Origin: Octopus sinensis
Taxonomy: Eukaryota
Direction: 5' to 3'
Assembly: GCF_006345805.1 (NCBI RefSeq)
Contig: NC_043002.1
Location: 81,468,001 to 81,532,000 of the forward strand
DNA: 64,000 nucleotides
Made by a program: the position numbers and the translations under genes. A model generated the notes under the pieces. That model did no database searches. It was not told the DNA's origin and saw only the letters and a list, made by a program, of their open reading frames with translations. Positions 1-13,148 of the stretch are shown one piece after another; the first letter of the stretch is position 1, and each line of letters starts with the position of its first letter.

Positions 1-200
1 GAGGTAAACATAGAAAGGACAGAAACAATTGAGTAACAGGAAATATATACACGTGCTGTGTGAATGTGTGTGTGTGTGCGTGCGTGTGCAAGTTATATAT
101 AAGCACAATTTAACATCAAACTAAAAAATACTGAAGGATTATCTGTATGTACATGGCGATCTGTATAAATATAACATACGTGAATACATACGAACATATA

Positions 201-787
201 AGTTAAGTTAAGTTAATTTTTGGGCTCAAAAAGCAAAAAGCAAGGCCATGTAGGGGGACATGGAGTTATGTACAGGGTGGTGTTCATGCAAAGAGTTCAG
301 GCCATTTGTGGTCAAGGGAGACTTTGAACCGAGCGGTCGTCGGCATCTTCACTATCTCAAGCACTGAACCTTGAGGCACGCCACTGCTCGCACTGGAGAC
401 GTCGGACAGCGAACCATTAACTTGGACTTGGAAGGAGCGATCTGAGAGGAAGGCACCAACCCATCGTACAATATCCGGATGGAAACTATATGCTTGAAGC
501 TTGTCAAGTAATAGGCGGTGGTTTACCGAGTCGAAAGCTTTGGCAAAGTCCAATAAAACGATGTCAACTGCATCACCATCATCGAGGATACGCGTCACCA
601 ATTCTTCCATTACCAGTAAGTTGGTCAAGCATGATCTCTTCGGCACGAAGCCGTGTTGGGAATCAGAGATAGAGGCTGTGTTTTGGAGGTGGAGCAACAT
701 ACTTTTCTTAAGGATGGTTTCGAACATCTTGCTAACTATTGAAGTAAGGGAAACCGGCCGGTAGTTAAGCGGTTCTTCGCGGCTCAT
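201..787 (-). mobile_element. CR1/L2-like LINE fragment (RT N-half fused to the C-terminal end by an internal deletion) with a (TAACT)3 tail
   Basis: ORF 284..787: PVSLTSIVSKMFE..SQHGF..SCLTNLL..LDFAKAFDSVNH..SGVPQGSVL, typical non-LTR RT motifs. It jumps directly to 'EIVKMPTTARFKVSLDHKW', which resembles the CR1-group C-terminus. AGTTA x3 at 201-215. Confidence 0.88.
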
Positions 788-939
788 AAATATATACGTG
801 TGTGCGCGTGTGTTGTGTATGTATCTATATATATATGTATATATGTATGTATTTATCTATGTATAACGTGATAGAACACTAAACGGGCACATGCAATATG
901 ATAATATGATATCAGATATATGATATATATATAATAAAA

Positions 940-1191
940 ATAAATGTTCCTTCTCGAGCCATGCCAGGCTCATAAAGGCCGGTTTCCCGGTTTCAGTGGC
1001 CTAGAAATTCCCCGCTTGGACGGGACGCCGATCCGTCGCAGCGTTACTCATTTTTGCCAGCTGAGTGGACTGGAGCAACGTGAAATGAAGTGTTTTGCTC
1101 AAGAACACAACGCGTCGCCCAGTCCAAGAATCGACCCACAACCTTACGATCATGAATTCAACACACTAACCACTAACCACGCGCCTCCACA
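940..1191 (-). mobile_element. tRNA-derived SINE, group B (tail type B1)
   Basis: Minus-strand head GTGGAGGCGCGTGG..AGTGGTTAG..GTCGATTC, CORE-like 'ttcttgagcaaaacactt', same body as the copies at 17997, 19065 and 31605. Confidence 0.85.
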
Positions 1192-1256
1192 TACACGCAG
1201 CACACACAACACACACACACACACAACACACACACACACACACACACACATATCTA

Positions 1257-1296
<40 letters not shown>

Positions 1297-1519
1297 TAGA
1301 TATAAAAATAAATTAGAGATAAAACCACTATTATGCAACTCAATATATATATGCGTATGTATGTGTGTGTATATGAAGGTTTGTATATATGTAAATAGGT
1401 GTATGTGTATCTATGTATGTATGTCCTTAGAGTTGGCAGGATGTAAACGTCTTCATTCAACAACAGAAGGATGCTTGCGAAATAATTTCCATAAGAACCG
1501 CAAGACCAAAACAACATTC

Positions 1520-1793
1520 GTTATATTCTTTTATTCTTCTATTTGTTTCAGTCATTTGACTGCGGCCATGCTGGAGCACCGCCCCGGATGAGCAAATCGA
1601 CCCCAGGACCCACTCTTTGTAAGCCTAGTACTTATTCTATCGGTCTCTCTTGCCGAACCGCTAAGTTATGGGGACGCAAACACACCAGCATCGGTTGTCA
1701 AACGATGTTTGGGGGACAAACATAGACCCACAAACATCTATACACACATACATACACACACACACACCACACACACACATATATATATATATA

Positions 1794-1828
<35 letters not shown>

Positions 1829-1993
1829 TATATACGACGGGCTTCTTTCAGCTTCCGTCAATCAAATCACTCACAAGGCTTGGTCGCCCGAGGCTATAGT
1901 ATAAGCACTTGCCCAAGGTGCCACGCAGTGGACTGAACCCGGACCCATGTGGTTTGTAAGTAAGCTACTTACCACACAGCCACTCCTGCGCCT
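1520..1993 (-). mobile_element. tRNA-derived CORE-like SINE, group A
   Basis: Reverse complement of AGGCGCAGGAGTGGCTGTGTGGTAAG..GGTTCAGTCC..CACCTTGGGCAAG, an internal (TA)/(CA) tract and the TGACTGAAACAA tail; near-identical to 49445 and 54078. Confidence 0.9.
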
Positions 1994-2034
1994 GAGGTCG
2001 AAAAAAAGTTCAATTCTTCTGAACTCTCGCAGAG

Positions 2035-2545
2035 AATAAGGGTGTCAGATGGAGAGTGTTTACCTCGATAAAAGATGTACTCAAAGCAATTCTGAAGAAG
2101 ACATACGAGCTAAGCTATTCAATAGCAATCTCCTTCCGGTACGTTCGTGCGTGAGTAAAACTTAGACTGCTATGAAGAAGGAAGGACATCGATTGGTCAC
2201 GATGCAAAGGCAATGGATAGATCAATGCTGCAAATATTATTGCGAGAAATGAGGTAATTTGAAAACGGCGCTAAATTAACAACGTGATCGCTGAATGCCA
2301 AAAGTACATATTCCGCTTGGTCGAACACGTCACAAACTTCTTAGTCGTCATATGGACCCGTGCAGTTGCAGAGTAATATCCACGTGATCCAATAAAGGCC
2401 ATTCGGAAGGTCTCTACAGTAATGGGAAGACAATTTAGTCAAACGATTTTGGCCAACGCGGAAAAGAATAGCGCAACCAAGGAAGAATTTGAAGCGCACT
2501 GTGACAAGCGATGTATAACAACATCCGATAGCCTGCTCCATACGT

Positions 2546-2595
<50 letters not shown>
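2035..2595 (+). mobile_element. Decayed RTE-clade LINE 3' fragment with a (TAG)n tail
   Basis: Manual translation gives RAKLFNSNLLP..RLVTMQR(A)MDRSML across frameshifts; (TAG)n at 2547-2595. Confidence 0.65.
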
Positions 2596-2788
2596 TCTTG
2601 ATCACTTACACTACTAATGAACAGAGAGAGATTATGCTTTTATCCTAAAGAAAATATGCACTTTCCTATATATTTATTCCTCCTTCATCTGAAGAGTTAA
2701 TAATCTAATTTAATTTAATAAACCCAAACAATAGCTTTATGCGAATGTTAAGTACTCCATAATTGAAAGAATAATTAACAGAGAAAAT

Positions 2789-3043
2789 TTAATTATATTA
2801 ACGAATAAATTTTTATTTTTCTCGCTACCGAAAACAAAGTTGGTAGCCGGATTCTCTCCGTTGTCATAAAGAAGTACAGCCAATCAATTGAGACATTACA
2901 TGTGTGTGTGTGTGTGTATGTGTGTTCTGTGTATGCGTATATGTCTTGGTAAAAGCGCAGAATTTCATTGTACTTCATGTTTAATCACCTGTTATGATGT
3001 TGTCATAATATATTGTATATTAAGCGAGTCTATTTATCCATCC

Positions 3044-3092
<49 letters not shown>

Positions 3093-3419
3093 GCTATCTA
3101 TCTATCTATTTATCTATCTCTCCCTAACATACACACCACACACACATACATTATATATATATAAAACTTAATTATATTACGAATAAATTTTTATTTTTCT
3201 CGCTAACCGAAAACAAAGTTGGTAGCCGGATTCTCTCCGTTGTCATAAAGAAGTACAGCCAATCAATTGAGACATTAATGTGTGTGTGGTTGTATGTGTG
3301 TTCTGTGTATGCGTATATGTCTTGGTAAAAGCGCAGAATTTCATTGTACTTCATGTTTAATCACCTGTTATGATGTTGTCATAATATATTGTATATTAAG
3401 CGAGTCTATTTATCCATCC

Positions 3420-3493
<74 letters not shown>

Positions 3494-3519
3494 TTATCTA
3501 TCTCTCCCTATACATACAC

Positions 3520-3550
<31 letters not shown>

Positions 3551-3799
3551 AAACTTAATTATATTACGAATAATTTTTATTTTTCTCGCTACCGAAAACA
3601 AGTTGGTAGCCGGATTCTCTCCGTGTCATAAAGAAGTCATCCAATCAATTGAGACATTACAGTGTGTGTGTGGTATGTGTGTTCTGTGTATGCGTATATT
3701 GCTTGGAAAAGCGCAGAATTTCATTGTACTTCATGTTTAATCACCTGTTATGATGTTGTCATAATATATTGTATATTAAGCGAGTCTATTTATCCATCC

Positions 3800-3897
<98 letters not shown>

Positions 3898-3923
3898 TTA
3901 TCTATCTCTCCCTATACATACAC

Positions 3924-3954
<31 letters not shown>

Positions 3955-4064
3955 AAACTTAATTATATTAACGAATAAATTTTTATTTTTCTCGCTACCG
4001 AAAACAAAGTTGGCAGCCGGATTTTCTCCGTTGTCATAAAGAAGTACATCCAATCAATTGAGAC

Positions 4065-4098
<34 letters not shown>

Positions 4099-4219
4099 GT
4101 GTGTTGTGTATGCTTAATGTCTAGGTAAAAGCGCAGAATTTCATTGTACTTCATGTTTAATCACCTGTTATGATGTTGTCATAATTATTGTATATTAAGC
4201 GAGTCTATTTTATCCATCC

Positions 4220-4265
<46 letters not shown>

Positions 4266-4330
4266 TTATCTATCTCTCCCTATACATACACACACACACA
4301 CACATACATAATATAATATATATAATATAT
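2789..4330 (+). repeat. Tandem array of 4 units of ~380-405 bp, each containing (TG)n, (TATC)n, (CA)n and (TA)n
   Basis: Anchor AATTATATTA(A)CGAATAA at 2791, 3170, 3557 and 3961; repeated minus ORFs MKYNEILRFY.. Confidence 0.95.
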
Positions 4331-4347
4331 ATAATACTATATATAAT

Positions 4348-4379
<32 letters not shown>

Positions 4380-5340
4380 GATATATACATATATACTTAC
4401 AGCTACTACCGTTACATTAGGATATGTGTGTACATGTATATACAATATGAATACATATATACATATTTACACGTAACTATTATATACACACACACTCTCC
4501 CTCTATCTCTCATTCTTACACACTCACACACTCACACTCTTTCTCTCTCTCTCTCCTCTCTCTCTCACTCACACATACATATGAATGTGTACATACATCA
4601 ATCCATACATGTACATATATATATATTTGCTATATATTTCATCATTTAGGCATACATTATAAATACTGGAGAAGCATAGAAATTCAATCAGCGCAGGTAA
4701 AATGTATGTTAGTTATGTAAACATCGCTTGATATCATTAACAACTGCGAACCTTGTTTGACAGCGTGTGTAATGAGTTAAAATAATTTCCTACAAAATCA
4801 GTGGAGATATGAAGTGGGTGCGTGTTGGAATGCAACAAAACAAGAAAACGATGAGCAAAATCCAGCAATAAAAAAAAACTTCAGATAACCGGAGAGAAAA
4901 AAATATTTTGAACGCTTGACGACAGCGAAATCTAAACAGTATGGCTGACAGAAAATGCCTCAAAAGAATCTCATACATGTTAGTGTATGTGTGAATATGG
5001 GATATTATGCGTTGAAAAGCTCTGTTCAGTTGAGATTGTCAACGCAATTAGTAGATAAACTCTCCTTCTCGATGTGTTTAATATCTCAAATCAAAATGAC
5101 GTACAAGCGAGATAAATCTAATAAATTCGGTGGATCGAAATCATGGGTTGGGAGGGCACATACATGCATAAGGCGTGCATACAAACGGTTATCTGTGTGT
5201 GTATATGTGTGTGTGTGTGTGCATGTGTGTATGTGTGTGTGCTCGCAAGTCTGTACGTATCGGCGTATATAGTATAATAGTATTTTATTAAAACTGAAAA
5301 CTTCAAACAACTTCCCGTAACTGCCTGATGATCGTGAATC

Positions 5341-5500
5341 AGGAGTGGCTGTGTGGTAAGTAGCTTGCTTACCAACCACATGGATCCGGGTTCAGTCCCA
5401 CTGCGTGGCACCTTGGGCAAGTGTCTTCTACTATAGCCTCGGGCCGACCAAAGCCTTGTGAGTGGATTTAGTAGACGGTAACTGAAAGAAGCCCGTCGTG

Positions 5501-5556
<56 letters not shown>

Positions 5557-5793
5557 TAATATATATGTGTGTGTGTATATATGCTTGTGTGTCTGTGTTT
5601 GTCCCACTGCCAACATCGCTTGACAACCGATGCTGGTGTGTTTACGTCCCCATAACTTAGCGCTTCGGCAAAATAGAGCAATAGAGTAAGTAGTAGGCTT
5701 ACAAAGAATAAGTCCTGGGATCGATTTACTCGACTAAAGGCGGTGCTCCAGCATGGCTGTAGTCAAATGACTGAAACAAGTAAGAGTAAAAGA
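5341..5793 (+). mobile_element. SINE group A
   Basis: AGGAGTGGCTGTGTGGTAAG head, CACCTTGGGCAAG, internal (TA)n, tail TGACTGAAACAAGTAAGAGTAAAAG. Confidence 0.9.
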
Positions 5794-6109
5794 ATATACT
5801 ATACTTTATAATAGAAGTTTTACAAAATAATGTGTTATGTGGCATGCAAACTTTTTCCATGCAGGAATAACTGATCTTGATGTTATGAGTGTTGAATAGT
5901 TCATTGGATTTCTTAGTAGAGCTAAAACTTTCCAGACTATGTTCGTGGTGACATCCGAGTTATATTGTCTGAAAAATATACAGCATCCACCTTGCATGAT
6001 TGGAGAGAATGTAGTTTTTAATATTCCTCTATTCACTTTTATGTATATTCTGCATACATTGAATTCTATGCCCACACATTATATATATCTGTGTGAAACT
6101 GTATATACG

Positions 6110-6480
6110 TTGCATTGGAAGTTACACAAACAGCAGAAAGAGGTGCCACTGCAGAGTGCCAAAGTTCCCAGCATTACCTTCAAAATACAGGACCAGATAC
6201 TGCAACAGCTTGGTTTTCAAGGGCCCACAGCTCTTAAATAGCCTTCGAAAATGCCTGTTTTGGAGGTGTCTTCAAAACAAAACAGGATCGCCTCCTGTAA
6301 AGGGTCCCAGATGGTCCTATCCCACGGCAGGAAACACAGATCAGGGTAGCAGCATCAAACCCACTCTTTCACCAAAATGCCACATATCAAAGATTTTATA
6401 TAATGGTGTAGTACAACCAACAGTCGTGCCCCAGAATGACGGCAGCTTTAAAGCTGAAACAATTTAAAGATTCAAAGATT
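6110..6480 (+). mobile_element. CR1/L2-group LINE 3' end
   Basis: ORF 6093..: CRVPKFPALPSKYRTRYCNSLVFKGPQLLNSL resembles the CR1-group C-terminus; short AAAGATT repeat tail at about 6466-6480. Confidence 0.6.
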
Positions 6481-6709
6481 ATATATATATATTGGTGTGT
6501 TTGGGGTTTATGGGTGTGGTATACGTTTGAATATATACGTGAATATCTATTTTTCTGCGTTCATGTTTGTGATTACTTCCTTGTTGCAGTTTATATTAAT
6601 TTTTTTGTGCATATATCAGGATGTCTGAGTGTGCTTGCCTATATGCATAGTAGTGATATCCTTTATGTGTATAGATGTAGGTATATATATGTATATATAT
6701 GTTAATATA

Positions 6710-6743
<34 letters not shown>

Positions 6744-6781
6744 TATATCTATATATATTATATATGTATAATATATATATA

Positions 6782-6825
<44 letters not shown>

Positions 6826-6945
6826 AGTGATCGGGTAATGGTATATGAATGTTACAGAAATTTTTATCTCTTAGTTTTTATATATACGTAGGTGTCTTTT
6901 TGCGAGTATGTATATATACATGTATTATGTTTCTATGTATATATG

Positions 6946-6989
<44 letters not shown>

Positions 6990-7667
6990 TACATTACATT
7001 ACAGTCGGCTAATATATATATATATAGAAGGATAAATGCATATAGATGTGTTTATATAACTATGTACGTGTGTGTACGCAGAAATACAATATTTCCGTGT
7101 GCCTACTTGTCTCTGTGTCTATGAGTCTGTGTGTCTATCTGCCTGTGTATGTCTGTATGCGATGAATATGTTTGCAATATCAATATAGTTCACTTTGGTA
7201 TGATCCAATCAAAGAGACGGCTATAGAAAATGATGTAATCTCACCTCACTTGATTACATCTTGTAAATGTCGCCTGCGTCCTCGATGGAATGCATTGATT
7301 CAATAATACCACTACTTCTATATTGATGTGACAGCTCTGATACTCTGTTGCCTTATTAAACCTTTGTAGCGTGCAATCACCAAGTATCACATTCACCATA
7401 GGCACACGCACATAGACAGTCTCATACATATGCATATATATATATAAGTATGTATGTATGTATTATACACTATTCGTCAAAACGATGATGTTTTTTTCTA
7501 CCTCCTTTCAACTATTTTTAATTTCTTTTATTGCTTAAAGCATGGCTCTGTTTTCTCCCGGTGTTTCTATTTGTCGTCTTTCAGTTATTCCTATTCTTTT
7601 TAACCTCTACACCTCTCTCCTTCGTTATCATCACTGACTCACATGCTTCATTCTTTCTTTTTTCCAC

Positions 7668-7703
<36 letters not shown>

Positions 7704-8664
7704 TCTCTCTCTCACTCCCTCTCAAATTCTCTTCCTCTCCCTCTCTTTCATATACATATATGCATATACACATGTGAACGCATAAATAGATATATCATAC
7801 ATGACTGTGTATATGTATATATATATGTATTTTAAAAACGCTTAAGAAAATGGATGGTTACATCTGGAATAATTTCGATCATTGGTCTGCCCGTTCAGAT
7901 GCAACTTGAGTTAAACAACAAAATTTGTACGAGAGCAGAAGCTAGTAATAACGGCAAAACAGACAGAAAATGTGACTGAATGTTATATATATTTGCCGAG
8001 CTTGAATTAAGATACATTTATGCTGTCTGACACTAGTGAAAGAATTGAACACAAAACTGCCAGGTAACGAAGGAATTGACAATTAATTGCACAATACTCG
8101 TACTACATGTTATTGAAAAGAATTCCTACCGTTTTGTAGAAGGAGAAAGCCGTGAAAACGTTTTGACATTAGAAGCAAAACAATGAGCAGTAATCGGGTA
8201 CGAACTAGCGACTTTATATATGTGTGCTTAAGTTATTGTTTATTTCAGCGGACTCAGCTAGCTGTGAATTTTGGCCAGAATGAAGATTAAAAGTATTTCT
8301 GATATTATTTCTTTATTTACTTTCAGTAGCAATATGTTTTAAACTTGTCAGTTTATCAATTTCACACCACGTTGAGTTATTCGGATGTTTAATTCCCGAT
8401 ATTTCATCTTGTTGGCTTGCTTTCCTTTCCACCTAAAGAGCTTCTCATATTCATACATATACATGCATATATATATATATAGATATATATTATATATATA
8501 TATATATTATATATATATATTATATATATACATATATATATACATACATACATAATATATATATAATATATAATATAACTGTATGTAATCCAACATATGC
8601 ATCTATCATATGCGTATTTATGCATATATGTAGAAGTTTACATACGTATGTATATTTGCATATA

Positions 8665-8706
<42 letters not shown>

Positions 8707-9197
8707 TGATGGTATGATAGATTCACAAGTCTCCATGGCTATCCGTAATAGCAGCAGAATCACATTGAAATATTCCCGGCTTAGTAAGCTCCAAGACATG
8801 GGACTGGTGCCAAACGTTACCAATTTCCATTAACTCGTTAAACGCAAAGAGATGGAGATTGATAGATTGATAAATAGAGAGAGAGGGAGAGCGATAAAGA
8901 GAGAGAAAGATAAAGAGTAGGGAAGTGAAAGAGTGGAATGGGAGACAGAGAGATCTATAGATGATGTGAGTGAGAAATAAGGAAAGAGTATCGGGAAACA
9001 TATAGAAGGGGAGGAGAGGGGAATGGGGGGAAATAGCTTCTGTATGATTGAATAGCTTATCCCTAATGAAAACAATTGCCATTACTCTAAGAATTCTTGT
9101 GGGAATAAGGGGTGATGGTGTATGTGTATTGAGTGTATGTATGTGTATGTATATATATATATATATATGAAATTAAATAGTCATATGTATACACACA

Positions 9198-9243
<46 letters not shown>

Positions 9244-9395
9244 ACACTCACACACACACACACACACAAGATGAGAGAGATGGTTAGTGAGAAAACGAGT
9301 GAATGAATGGAGGAGTAAAATGAAGAAAGGCAATGTCTTAAAAGCAACAAAATCCTAAGTAACCAGTGTCTCTAACATATATATAATATATATAT

Positions 9396-9444
<49 letters not shown>

Positions 9445-9611
9445 ATATATTTGATATATATATATTTATATATACAATATTACATTGACAACCATTCATT
9501 GACACTGGCATGTAAATTTGTAAATGCACACACATAATGGACTCATGCACACATGAACACACGCACATACCTACATATATACACACTCGTTTTGTATATA
9601 TATGTATGTAT

Positions 9612-9664
<53 letters not shown>

Positions 9665-9719
9665 ATATATATATTATATATATATATATATATGTACCAT
9701 GTATCTGTATGTGTAAATG

Positions 9720-9788
<69 letters not shown>

Positions 9789-10204
9789 TAAACACACATA
9801 TATTGGCAACCGTTGATACAGATAGGCTTCCATATTCGTACAAACCCACCACACATTCACACATTCACATATTTACGCATTTACTGACAGAGGAAAAACG
9901 TTATTGTTTATTCAAGCACCAATGAGAAATATTACAAATTCTTCCAACTAACAGCGTTTTGTGACTACAACGGGAATTATTGAAACTTCACATTAAAAGA
10001 ACATTTGTCACTGAGCTAAATTTTTTTTTAGACTTTCAAAAGCAGTGCATCAAGTTTAATCATTTCTGGAAATATTAACAGCTGTCAGAAGAAAGATGGA
10101 AGTGTAACGTTTGCTAGTTAGTCCATACAACGCTGCTACTCCTTTCTGAAAATAACTGCCAAAAACTTCCCTCGAGTTATTCCATGCCGTCTAAAATTAT
10201 ATGT

Positions 10205-10582
10205 GGATGGAAGCACTCCGTCGGTTACCACGACGAGGGTTCCGGTTGATCCGAATCAACGGAACAGCCTGCTCGTGAAATTAACGTGTAAGTGGCTGAG
10301 CACTCCACAGACACGTGTACCCTTAACGTAGTTCTCGGGGATATTCAGCGTGACACAGAGAGTGACGAGGTACAAATACAGGTACAACAGAAACAGGAAG
10401 TAAGAGTGAGAGAAAGTTGTGGCGAAAGAGTACAGCAGGGATCACCACCATCCCCTGCCGGAGCCTCGTGGAGCTTTAGGTGTTTTCGCTCAATAAACAC
10501 TCACAACGCCCGGTCTGGGAATCGAAACCGCGATCCTATGACCGCGAGTCCGCTGCCCTAACCACTGGGCCATTGCGCCTCC
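10205..10582 (-). mobile_element. Full-length tRNA-derived SINE (tail type B2) with a 12-bp TSD
   Basis: Head TGGAGGCGCAATGGCCCAGTGGTTAGGG..GGTTTCGATTCCC (A and B boxes); TSD AAAATTATATGT at 10193-10204 and 10583-10594. Confidence 0.93.
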
Positions 10583-11534
10583 AAAATTATATGTAAGAAC
10601 ATATAGGATAGTGTGGTCTAAGATATACTATTCAAATTAATATTGGTATATTTTATGCATTGTGCAATTAAATCTGGTTATTACTAATTATGTGGCGAAC
10701 AAAGTATTGGGTATGACTTTAACTACATCTTGTAGTGGAGCCCAGGCTTCTGAGTGTGCGGAACCACCTTTTAGCCACTCTGTTGTTGTTCCTAGGTTTT
10801 CTTTGACCCGGAGTAGTATCCCCTCTGCCAAAGTTAATTACGGGTTAATTAGTATATATTAATTAGTATGTATTAATTATGGGTGAATTAGCATGTAGTG
10901 GAAGAAACTCCAAGCACAAACATCTTACTGCGTTGTGAGGGCCTTGCGAAAGGAAAAGGCTAGGTGAGTTAACCTCGACAGCAAATCAAGGAATAGAATT
11001 CCGGTACATACTTTGACACCCTCCCAGCAATTCCAGAGTACGTGCAGCTCTCCAACCCTGTAAGGCAGTTAACTAAGAAGGCCAGTCCAATATCATACAT
11101 ATACAGCTTACTTGGTCACTGTAGCCGTCTTAGCCCGCTGAGCCAGTGGTCAGACGCCCAAGTCTCAAGAGTGGTTATCGGATTGCGTGAATTGACCTTC
11201 ACTTTAAAACTACTAAGTGCAGGCAAGAAGAAAAGCCCTGACACATCAAGGATCGGTTTATATAGTCGCTTGAGGGTGTTCCGCTCTTCCTCATGATCTT
11301 CAGGCGAGATCGAACTGTCATAATCCTCATGTGGTGAACAACAACACTAACAACAATGCTTACTATGAGAAACAAATTTATTTTCTGACAAGGGACGCTC
11401 ACATTTTTTCTTTCACCTTTTCCATTTATCATTTTTGTATTTCCTGTCCTCCCATATATTCGTGAAAAAATGACAAAACGCAAAATCAAAAAGCAGCTAT
11501 GGCCGAATAAACGTTTCGTGAAAACTATCAGCAT

Positions 11535-12310
11535 GAGAAAGTGCTTAACGGCATTTTTTTTTTCCAGCTTTGCATTCTATGTTCAAATTCCGCCGAAGTT
11601 AACTTTGCCTTTCATGCTTTCGTGGCCGATAAAATAGGTACCAGTCGAGCACTTAAGTTGATGTAATCGAATAACCTCTACCCTGAAAAAATTTAGGCCT
11701 TGTGCCTATGGTAGAAAGAATTATTAATATTTATTTCTTTATTGCCCACTAGGGGCTAAACATGGAGGGGGCAAACAAGGACAGACAAAAGGGATGAAGT
11801 CGATTAGATCGACCTCAGTATGTAACTGGTACTTATTTAATCGACACCTGAAAGAATGAAAGGCAAAGTCAGCCTCGGCGGAATTTGAACTCAGAACGTA
11901 ACGGCTGACGAATGCTGACTAACACCACATTTACCCACCGAGACAGTCATGGACAAACAAGGACAAGCGAACACTCGATGTTAATCGATGTACGACCCCA
12001 GTCGTAACTGGTACACTGAACTAATTACAACCCCACAAGGCTGAAAGGCAAAGTCAACCTCGGCGGAATTTGAACTCAGAACGTAACGGCAGACGAAATA
12101 CGGCTACGCATTTCGCCCGGCGTGCTAACGTTTCTGCCAGCTCGCCGCCTTCAAGAATTATTAGTATTATTTTCAAGGCGGTGATGGCAGAATCGTTAGC
12201 ACGCTCAACAGAATGCTTAGCGACATTCTTTTTATTACGTTCTAAGTTTAAATTCCACCGATGTCGATATCGCATTCCATCTTTTCGGGGTCGATGAAAT
12301 AAGTAGCAGA
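11535..12310. mobile_element. Cluster of four SINE group C copies or fragments in +,-,-,+ orientation
   Basis: Repeated 'gttcaaattccgccga..ctttgcctttcat' and its reverse complement at about 11580, 11870, 12060 and 12240. Confidence 0.8.
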
Positions 12311-12839
12311 CAGATGCAAACGCCTTGTTTTTACATACAATATCTTGCTGGACACATCGCATTCGTACATTTTTCCATGGAAGTTCTTGCATTTTTTATC
12401 AGTCATCTCGCTCCTAACAAACAACTCTCTCTCTCCCTCTCCCTCTCTCTCTCTCTCCCTCTCTCTCTCTCCCTCTCTCTCTCCCTCTCTCTCTCTCCAT
12501 CTCTCTCTCCTTCTCTCTTCCCCCCTCTCTCTCTCTTCATTTACATTCACATACATCCACTATATATATAATCGTTACTATTATGTAAAACTTAAACTAT
12601 CGTATGTCCAAATTTGGTCAAATGCATTTTTTTTTCTATATTTATTCTTGCTTGCAATAACCGGTTCCTTTGGTCAATCTATCGTATCTCCAGCTGCTTC
12701 AGATGCTAACATATCGAAAAGTGTAGTAGAACGGTTTTGCTATGCAATGATGAAACAATTTTTTTTCGTTTTCTGAAAAAGCAACGTCTTGGACTGATGA
12801 GACTTTTGCATAATAGCAACGATATATATACATATAACA

Positions 12840-13015
12840 CGAACAAGGAGAAAACACAACAACGCGAGGAGGTAGAACACGTATAGTGTTATTGGACGCT
12901 CAGGAAAGGAAAGAAAGTAGAAGGACTTAACGTTTCGAGTGGAGCTCTTCGTCAGAAATATAGGAAAAAAGATAGTCCAAGGAAGGGAAGACCGAGAATG
13001 AAAATGCCAACGATA
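12840..13015 (-). mobile_element. Penelope-like terminal-repeat fragment carrying a minimal hammerhead core
   Basis: Minus strand CTGACGA-A-GAG-CTCCA-CTC-GAAACGTTA at 12928-12955; a homologous ~180 bp copy lies at 31885-32075 in the opposite orientation. Confidence 0.65.
12928..12955 (-). ncRNA. Putative minimal type-I hammerhead ribozyme core
   Basis: CUGANGA box, short stem II (GAG/CUC), GAAA box, palindromic AACGUU stem III and a UUA triplet; stem I is weak in this copy. Confidence 0.5.
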
Positions 13016-13069
13016 CACACGCTATCACAAACACACACACACCACACACATATATATATATGTATAATA

Positions 13070-13102
<33 letters not shown>

Positions 13103-13113
13103 ATTATATATCT

Positions 13114-13148
<35 letters not shown>

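Noticed and set aside
2789-4330. CRISPR-like repeat/spacer interpretation of the tandem array
   Set aside because: The units are ~390 bp and wholly repeated, with no unique spacers and no cas genes, in a eukaryotic context.
10031-10110. Possible exon after TTTTTTTTTAG
   Set aside because: In-frame stop (CAT TTC TGG AAA TAT TAA) and a weak donor.
10500-10582. tRNA-like A/B box sequences (also at the other SINE heads)
   Set aside because: They lack a complete cloverleaf and continue into SINE bodies with TSDs, so they are SINE heads rather than tRNA genes.
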